The notes beneath the pieces are model-generated. The model searched no databases, was not told where the DNA came from, and saw only the letters and a list, made by a program, of their open reading frames with translations. The translations under genes and the position numbers were made by a program. Source: Vulcanimicrobiota bacterium (GTDB taxonomy: Bacteria > Vulcanimicrobiota > Vulcanimicrobiia > Vulcanimicrobiales > Vulcanimicrobiaceae). From it: DNA of 64,000 nt. Positions 58,131-64,000 of the stretch are shown here, one piece after another (the stretch's first letter is position 1; the number at the start of each line of letters is the position of its first letter). The stretch is from positions 384,001-448,000 of the forward strand of contig CAVZQC010000001.1 of NCBI GenBank assembly GCA_963777315.1. The letters are read 5' to 3'.

Positions 58131-58556
58131 TTACACTCTGTACGCGGCTTGGTTGAACAGCGCGGGATCCACGTTCAGGGCCGCGAGCAAGCCGGGCACC
58201 GCGGTCGCTTGCGCGGCCACGCCTAACACCAATTGCCGTGGAGTGTACCGTTCCTGTGCGCGGCGCGCTCCTTGAGCGAACACCGCCATCGCTTCGCCGT
58301 CCAGCGCTCTGCCCGGCCCTCCGTCCGGAGTTTTGAAGGCGAGCGCATCGGCGGCCGGCTGGGATACGGTTTGCGCATTGCGCAGCTGCTCGGCGTTCAC
58401 CGCGGCGCCCAGCGCCGTGCCGATTGCCGGCTCCTCGAGCAGCGCGAGCAGGACCGCGCGCAACGTGATGCACGGCTCGTCCAGCTCGATTGCCTTTTGG
58501 GCTGCGACGCGCATCGTGCGCAGCAGTTCTTCGGAAAGGCGCACGGTATCGATCAT
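58131..58556 (-). CDS. Stand-alone Clp N-terminal repeat-like protein
   Basis: SD AAAGGAG; two repeats resembling Clp-N (AQKAIELDEPCITLRAVLLALL and YTPRQLVLGVA). Confidence 0.55.
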   Translation of the reverse strand: MIDTVRLSEELLRTMRVAAQKAIELDEPCITLRAVLLALLEEPAIGTALGAAVNAEQLRNAQTVSQPAADALAFKTPDGGPGRALDGEAMAVFAQGARRAQERYTPRQLVLGVAAQATAVPGLLAALNVDPALFNQAAYRV

Positions 58557-58560
58557 CGCG

Positions 58561-59043
58561 TTATCTCCTTTGCCTGCGAACGACGCGTCCCTCCAGTTTC
58601 TGCGCCTGCCGCAACGCTCGCACCGCGTCGGCGGTCCGACCCAAACGCTTATATGCAACGCCCAAATTGTGGTGCGCCAGCGCGTATTCGCCGTCGCCGG
58701 CTACGGCCAGTTCGTAATGACGGATCGCTTCGTCGATCGCGCCGCTCTCGAGGTGCAGGTTGCCCAGGTTCACCAGTGCGGGCGCATACCGCGGCAGAAT
58801 CTCCAGCGCTTGCGCGAACGCTTCACGTGCCTGGTCGACGCGGTGCAGGGCCACCAATGCGACCCCGCGTTTGTTTTCGATCGCGGCACGCTCCAACGTC
58901 GTGAGCGCGCGATCGGCGCGCAGTTCGCCCAGCCGGTCGAGCGCGCTTTCGTAGCGTCCCTGCGCGATGTCGCGCATCGCCAGCTCGAACGGCGTATACA
59001 ATTCGGGCTTGAAAAGAGCCAGAAATCTGCGCAGGTTGAACAC
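58561..59043 (-). CDS. Tetratricopeptide repeat protein (start uncertain)
   Basis: NKRGVAL, NLGNLH and HNLGVAY TPR motifs. Confidence 0.85.
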   Translation of the reverse strand: MFNLRRFLALFKPELYTPFELAMRDIAQGRYESALDRLGELRADRALTTLERAAIENKRGVALVALHRVDQAREAFAQALEILPRYAPALVNLGNLHLESGAIDEAIRHYELAVAGDGEYALAHHNLGVAYKRLGRTADAVRALRQAQKLEGRVVRRQRR

Positions 59044-59052
59044 TTGCCCGGA

Positions 59053-59739
59053 ATGTTCACGATCGACGTGCTCACGCTCTTTCCCGAAGTGTTCGCTCCG
59101 TTCGTGGGTCTGTCCATCGTCGGGCGCGCCGTGGAATCCGGAGTGGTTCAGATTCGCTACCATCACGTGCTCGACGCGCTGGAAGGCAGCGAGCGCGCAG
59201 ACGGCTCTCCCTTCGGGGGCGGTCCTGGAATGGTGATGCGCATAGAGCCGCTGGCCCGAATCCTCGACGCGATCGCAGCCGCGGCGCCGGCGAGTGAGCG
59301 CAGGCTGATCGTCGTGCCGTCACCCGGGGGAAGTGCCTTCGATCACCACGCAGCACGCCGGTTCGCTGAAGACTTCGATCGGCTCGTCTTCGTATGCGGC
59401 CGTTACGAGGGAATCGACGAGCGGCTGGCAGCTCTCTATCCGGTGCACGAGTACTCGCTCGGCGATTTCGTGGTCACCGGCGGCGAACTTCCCGCACTTG
59501 CCATGATCGATGCGACCGTCCGCCTGCTCTCCGGAGCGCTGCGGGCCGAATCGCTGGCCGATGAATCATTCGCGGGCGGCGGTTTGGATTATCCATGCTA
59601 CACGCGCCCGCCCGTATTTCGCGGTGTAAAGGTGCCCGAAGTTTTGCTTTCGGGCGACCATACCGCCATCGCGCGCTGGCGGCGCGAGCAGTCGCGCGCG
59701 CGCACTCGCGCCAAGCGCCCCGATTTGCCCGAATCCTAG
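59053..59739 (+). CDS. trmD: tRNA (guanine37-N1)-methyltransferase
   Basis: TLFPE, PFGGGPGMVM, CGRYEGIDER, SLGDFVVTGGE and YTRP motifs. Confidence 0.96.
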   Translation: MFTIDVLTLFPEVFAPFVGLSIVGRAVESGVVQIRYHHVLDALEGSERADGSPFGGGPGMVMRIEPLARILDAIAAAAPASERRLIVVPSPGGSAFDHHAARRFAEDFDRLVFVCGRYEGIDERLAALYPVHEYSLGDFVVTGGELPALAMIDATVRLLSGALRAESLADESFAGGGLDYPCYTRPPVFRGVKVPEVLLSGDHTAIARWRREQSRARTRAKRPDLPES

Positions 59740-59789
59740 CGCTCATGCTATTATGCCAAGGCTGCCGTGGGCCGACCCATCGGCCTTTT
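59725..59789 (+). promoter_or_regulatory. rplS promoter and leader hairpin
   Basis: TTGCCC-18 bp-TATTAT with an extended TG; GGCCGA-CCCA-TCGGCC-TTTT at 59770-59789. Confidence 0.5.
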
Positions 59790-59818
59790 GAATTTCGCCC
59801 CATTCCAAGAGAAGAGCC

Positions 59819-60169
59819 ATGAACGTCATCGATGTTTTGAACCGGGAACAGCGTAAGGACAACCTGCCGCAGTTCCGTCCCGGCGACACAGTCAAGGTGT
59901 ATTCCAAAGTCGTCGAAGGCGGCAAGGAGCGCGTTCAGATGTTCGAAGGCGTCGTGACGGTTCGCAAAGGCGGCGGCGCACAGGAATCGATCACCATTCG
60001 CCGGATCGCTCACGGCGTCGGCGTCGAAAAAACTTTCCTGATGCACAGCCCACGCGTGGAGCGCATCGAGGTGAGCAAACGCGGCATCGTTCGCCGCAGC
60101 CGCCTGTACTATCTGACCGAAAAGATCGGCAAGGCCGCGCGGATCAAAGAGAAGAAAACTGCCCGCTAG
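59819..60169 (+). CDS. rplS: 50S ribosomal protein L19
   Basis: [17 protein letters not shown] and RRSRLYYL motifs. Confidence 0.98.
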   Translation: MNVIDVLNREQRKDNLPQFRPGDTVKVYSKVVEGGKERVQMFEGVVTVRKGGGAQESITIRRIAHGVGVEKTFLMHSPRVERIEVSKRGIVRRSRLYYLTEKIGKAARIKEKKTAR

Positions 60170-60857
60170 TTTTGCTCCCGCGCCTCTGCAGCTACTGGGA
60201 CTGATCGGTCTTTTCGCCGTCGCGCGGCTAACTCTGAGCCTGAAAAGGCTGCGCGCGCCCGACATTGCGCGCCAGTACCTGGACGCGTTCATCGCAGCCG
60301 CCCTGATCGCGCTCTTTCTGGTCACGTTCGTCGTGCGAACGTTCTACATTCCTTCGGGATCGATGACGCCCACGCTGCGCAGCGGCGACGTTTTGCTCGT
60401 CAACGAAATCGCCTACCGTTTCGAAGCGCCGCGCCGCGGCGACATTGCGGTGTTCACGCCGCCGATGGCTTCTCGCGTCAGCTTCATCAAGCGCGTCATC
60501 GCGGTGCCGGGCGATACGCTGCGGGTGCACGGCGGCACTGTGTACGTGAACGGCAAGAAGTTAACCGAACCGTACGTCGCTCACGCGCCCGACTACGGCT
60601 TGGTCATACGCAATTACGGCATTTACGTCGACGACGGCGACGGTCTGCACCCCCTCGATCCTTCGGCCGCCGACGTTCCGCCGCGCTCGATGTGGCAATC
60701 GCCGGATCGCGTGCCGCGCGGCTTTTACTTCATGATGGGCGACAACCGCAGCGATTCCGACGACTCGCACGTCTGGGGCTTTGCCGCCAAGGCCGCTTTT
60801 ACCGGGCGCGCATTTTTAGTGCTGTGGCCGCTCGGGCGGCTGCGTGCGCTGAACTAA
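60159..60857 (+). CDS. lepB: Signal peptidase I, copy 1 (start non-canonical or affected by an indel)
   Basis: IPSGSM, FIKRVI and [10 protein letters not shown] motifs. TM segments lie in frame upstream of the ORF-track GTG 60333. Confidence 0.88.
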   Translation: MPASFAPAPLQLLGLIGLFAVARLTLSLKRLRAPDIARQYLDAFIAAALIALFLVTFVVRTFYIPSGSMTPTLRSGDVLLVNEIAYRFEAPRRGDIAVFTPPMASRVSFIKRVIAVPGDTLRVHGGTVYVNGKKLTEPYVAHAPDYGLVIRNYGIYVDDGDGLHPLDPSAADVPPRSMWQSPDRVPRGFYFMMGDNRSDSDDSHVWGFAAKAAFTGRAFLVLWPLGRLRALN

Positions 60858-60882
60858 CGCAAGCAGCATGGGAGCCGTTGCG

Positions 60883-61623
60883 GTGACGCCCTTCGAATTA
60901 CTCGGCCTGGTTGCCGTTTTTTTGGTGGCCCGCATCGTGCTCACGCTGCGGCCTGTTCGCGCCGGTTCGCAAGGCCGTTCGAGCGGCTTTGCGCGCGAAT
61001 ACCTCGACCCGTTCATCTATGCCGGCATCGCGGCGTTTTTGCTGATCACCTTCGTGGCGCGAACCTACTACATTCCGTCGGGGTCGATGATTCCCACGCT
61101 CAAAGTCGGCGACGTCCTGCTGGTCAACAAGTTCGAATACCGCTTCCGCGCGCCGGCCGAGGGCGACGTCGTCGTCTTTCCGCCGCCGATTCCGACGACC
61201 GACGACTTCATCAAGCGCGTTATCGGACGTCCGGGCGACACGCTGCGAATACAAAGCGGCGTGGTCTACCTCAACGGTAAAGCGTTGAACGAGCCGTACA
61301 TCGCTCAGGCGCCGGACTACAATCTGGTGGTGAGGAACTACGGCATCTACGTCGACACGGGAGCCGGCTTCACGCGCCTGGATCCCGCCGAGGCCAACGT
61401 TCCGCCTCGCAAGGATTGGTCCGCGCCCGATCGCATTCCGAAGAACTGTTACTTCATGATGGGCGACAATCGCAACGATTCGGAAGATTCGCACATCTGG
61501 GGTTTTGCGCAAGATGCGGGCGCGTTTGCGGCCGGTCCCAACGAAGGCAAGGCCGCCCACTTCACCGGGCACGCTTTCTTGATCTTTTGGCCGCTCGGGC
61601 ACGCGCGGATACTGTGGCGCTGA
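60883..61623 (+). CDS. lepB: Signal peptidase I, copy 2
   Basis: IPSGSM, FIKRVIG and GDNRNDSEDS motifs; SD GGAG. Confidence 0.93.
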   Translation: MTPFELLGLVAVFLVARIVLTLRPVRAGSQGRSSGFAREYLDPFIYAGIAAFLLITFVARTYYIPSGSMIPTLKVGDVLLVNKFEYRFRAPAEGDVVVFPPPIPTTDDFIKRVIGRPGDTLRIQSGVVYLNGKALNEPYIAQAPDYNLVVRNYGIYVDTGAGFTRLDPAEANVPPRKDWSAPDRIPKNCYFMMGDNRNDSEDSHIWGFAQDAGAFAAGPNEGKAAHFTGHAFLIFWPLGHARILWR

Positions 61624-61641
61624 CGTAGAAGACCTGCTCCC

Positions 61642-62151
61642 GTGCTCCGGGAACTGCATTGGCGCTCGCTCGCGAGCGCAACGCTGCAAATCGCCGTTCT
61701 GGTCGCGCTCGCGCTCGCGTTCTTCATGCGGACCCCTCAAGTCTCCGGGCGATCCATGGCACCCCACATCGCATCTGGTGAGATCGTCATCATCAATACG
61801 ATGGCATACCGCTTCGGACGCCCCGGCCGCGGCGATATCGTTGCATTTCATCACGACGCGCCTACGCCCGAAGTGTTCATCAAGCGCGTCATCGGGCTGC
61901 CCGGCGACCGCGTCGCGATCGATCGCGGCCATGTGATCGTCAACGGCACCGCGCTCGACGAAGCCTACGTACGCTTTGCGGACGCGCGCAGCTTTGCCCA
62001 AGTGACCGTGCCGCCCGGTCGATTGTACGTGCTGGGCGACAACCGCGCGGACAGCGACGATTCGCGCTTCTGGGGCTTCGTGCCCGAGAACGAAGTGCTG
62101 GGCAAAGCGCTGGTAGGCATATGGCCGCTGCATCACTTGGGAGCGCTCTGA
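61642..62151 (+). CDS. lepB: Signal peptidase I, copy 3 (short, single TM)
   Basis: SGRSM, FIKRVIG and GDNRADSDDSRFWG motifs. Confidence 0.92.
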   Translation: MLRELHWRSLASATLQIAVLVALALAFFMRTPQVSGRSMAPHIASGEIVIINTMAYRFGRPGRGDIVAFHHDAPTPEVFIKRVIGLPGDRVAIDRGHVIVNGTALDEAYVRFADARSFAQVTVPPGRLYVLGDNRADSDDSRFWGFVPENEVLGKALVGIWPLHHLGAL

Positions 62152-62171
62152 AACGGCGTGAAAGCAGCAGC

Positions 62172-62995
62172 ATGAACGCCGACCGCGAGTTCGAGCAAGT
62201 CATCCAGTGGTATCCGGGCCATATGGCGGCGGCGATGCGGCGCATCGGCGAGTACATGCAGATGATCGACATCGTGATCGAAGTCGTCGATGCTCGCGTC
62301 CCACGCAGCGGCGCCAATCCTGCGCTCGACGCCGTAGCGGCCAAACGCGCGCGCGTCCTCGTGCTCACACGTGAAGACCTCGCAGAGGCTGCGCAAACCG
62401 CGCGTTGGGCGGCATCGCTGCGGGCAGCCGGCAAACAGGTGGTCGCGGTGAACGCACGCGAACGAGCCGGAATCAACCAGCTGGATCGATTCTGCAGCAG
62501 CTCTCGCAGCGCGGCCGTTCCACGCAGCGCGCAATGGTCGTGGGTTTGCCCAACTCGGGCAAGTCTTCGGTCATCAACGGTTTGCTGCGCCGGGCAGCGG
62601 CACGTACGGAAGACCGCGCCGGCGTTACGCGTGCGCTGCAATGGTTTCGCGTCGGGGCCAATTTGGAGCTGATGGACACGCCGGGCATCCTGGTGCCCAA
62701 GATCGCGTCGGGCGACGCGCAATGGAAGCTTGCGCTCGTCGGCGCGGTACCGCGCGACCGCTTCGACCCGCAAGACGTCGCCGCACGCTTTTATCGCTGG
62801 ACGGTGGAGAACGCCGGTGCGCGCCCGAAGGTCCCCGATCTGGAAACGTTCTCCCGCGCGCGCGGCTTCATGCGCAAAGGCGCATCGGTCGATTACCACA
62901 ACGCCGCACAGGCGTATATCAAGGATTTCAGCCAAGGCAAATTCGGACGCATCACTTTGGAGCGAGCACCCGAACATGACGCCAAAACAGCGTAA
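62172..62995 (+). CDS. rbgA: Ribosome biogenesis GTPase RbgA/YlqF (frameshift near 62490)
   Basis: IQWYPGHM and DARVP in one frame; GLPNSGKSS and DTPGIL in the next. Confidence 0.92.
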
Positions 62996-63683
62996 AGCCA
63001 AGAACGCTTACGAACGCGACCGCCGGCGGCTGCATCGCCTTCACGCATTCGAAAATGCGGCGCGGACCAAAGGCTTCCTCTACATCGGCGGAATCGACGA
63101 AGTCGGGCGCGGTCCGCTTGCGGGGCCGGTCGTTGCGGCATGCGTGGTGGCCGCCGAGCCGCTCATGCTGCGCGGGCTGAACGACTCAAAGCAAGTGCAG
63201 CCCGAACTGCGCGTGCACCTGGCCGAGCAGATCAAAGCATGCTGCGCGGCATGGGCCGTCGGCGAGGCGAGCGTGGCCGAAATCGACTGTCTGAACATCT
63301 ACTGGGCCAGCATCCTGGCGATGGAACGCGCCATCGCTTCGCTGAGCGTGGCGCCGCAGTATCTCATAACCGATGCCGTTCGCATCAAGGCGTTCGCCGG
63401 ACCTCAGGAGCCGCTGATAAAGGGCGATGCACGCAGCGCGACCGTTGCCGCCGCATCGATCGTCGCTAAGGTCTATCGCGATAATCTGCTCGTCGATTTA
63501 CATCGAAGCGAGCCGCGGTACGGTTTTGCCGAACACAAGGGTTACGCCACGCCCGAACATTTGCGGGCGCTCAAAGAGCACGGGCCGTGCGTGCACCATC
63601 GCTCGGGCTGGTGGCGCGTTCGGGAAGCGCAGCTGGCCTTTGGGCTCGGCTGCGAATCGGAACCCGAATTTGCGCAGCGCTAA
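62976..63683 (+). CDS. rnhB: Ribonuclease HII
   Basis: GIDEVGRGPLAGPV, DSK, AASIVAKVYRD and HKGY motifs. Confidence 0.96.
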   Translation: MTPKQRKAKNAYERDRRRLHRLHAFENAARTKGFLYIGGIDEVGRGPLAGPVVAACVVAAEPLMLRGLNDSKQVQPELRVHLAEQIKACCAAWAVGEASVAEIDCLNIYWASILAMERAIASLSVAPQYLITDAVRIKAFAGPQEPLIKGDARSATVAAASIVAKVYRDNLLVDLHRSEPRYGFAEHKGYATPEHLRALKEHGPCVHHRSGWWRVREAQLAFGLGCESEPEFAQR

Positions 63684-64000
63684 CGCAAGCAAGGGACGGG
63701 CGGGCGAAGAGCGCGCCGCGCAGTTTTTGCAATCCGAAGGTTATCGCGTCCTGCAGCGCAACGTGCGGCTGCCCGGAGGCGAGATCGACCTCGTGTGCCG
63801 CGACGGGGACGTCGTCGTCTTCGTCGAGGTCAAGTTGCGCAACACGGTCGGCTACGGGCGCGCGCTTTCGGCAGTGGACGCTCGCAAGCGCAGCAGGCTT
63901 CGCAGGCTCGCAGCCGATTACGTGCAAATCGTCGCTCCAAATGCCGGCGTTCGGTTTGACGTGGTCGCGGTGGACGGAGAGCGCATGATCCTGCACCGGA
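63670..64000 (+). CDS. YraN/UPF0102 family protein, runs off the window edge
   Basis: Manual translation from TTG 63670 gives GRAGEERAAQFL..GYRVLQRN..GEIDLV..VFVEVK. Confidence 0.9.
   Translation, partial: MRSANASKGRAGEERAAQFLQSEGYRVLQRNVRLPGGEIDLVCRDGDVVVFVEVKLRNTVGYGRALSAVDARKRSRLRRLAADYVQIVAPNAGVRFDVVAVDGERMILHR

Noticed and set aside
9608..62995. Programmed frameshifting or pseudogenisation of ychF, holB, scpA, sufB, rbgA and nfo
   Set aside because: No common slippery sequence, no further decay, and several are core genes. Sequencing indels are more parsimonious.

Overview
This is a 64 kb GC-rich, very densely coded bacterial chromosome segment made up almost entirely of housekeeping genes. 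I see no rRNA, tRNA, CRISPR array, transposase or prophage. Content in order: partial MocR regulator; lpdA-lipB-lipA; orphan RND pump; putative outer-membrane protein plus SGNH lipoprotein; gdh; ychF; mtnP; holB; tmk; a basic amino acid decarboxylase; bioD; pdxST; a large six-hairpin glycosidase; ispE; ubiX; an Fe-S nuclease / degenerate UvrD / GNAT operon; NUDIX-scpA-scpB-nfo-dinB; gcvT-H-PA-PB; speE; speD; sufB plus Rieske ferredoxin; rplU-prp without rpmA; trmD-rplS-three lepB-rbgA-rnhB-yraN. The mix of Firmicutes-like genes (prp, rbgA, split gcvP) with probable diderm envelope proteins suggests Candidatus Eremiobacterota/Vulcanimicrobiota; this is an inference and was not tested. Nine single-base frameshifts in eight genes, several of them core genes, are best explained as long-read assembly indels. 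Most promising leads: (1) long structured 5' leaders with small uORFs upstream of both polyamine-pathway decarboxylases; (2) an AdnAB/AddAB-like pair with apparent reciprocal domain loss, translationally coupled to a GNAT; (3) an intact Prp protease without its usual rpmA neighbour; (4) three tandem signal peptidase I genes, one lacking a canonical start codon; (5) an OMP plus SGNH lipoprotein pair. All functional claims come from motif reading only; no database search was run.
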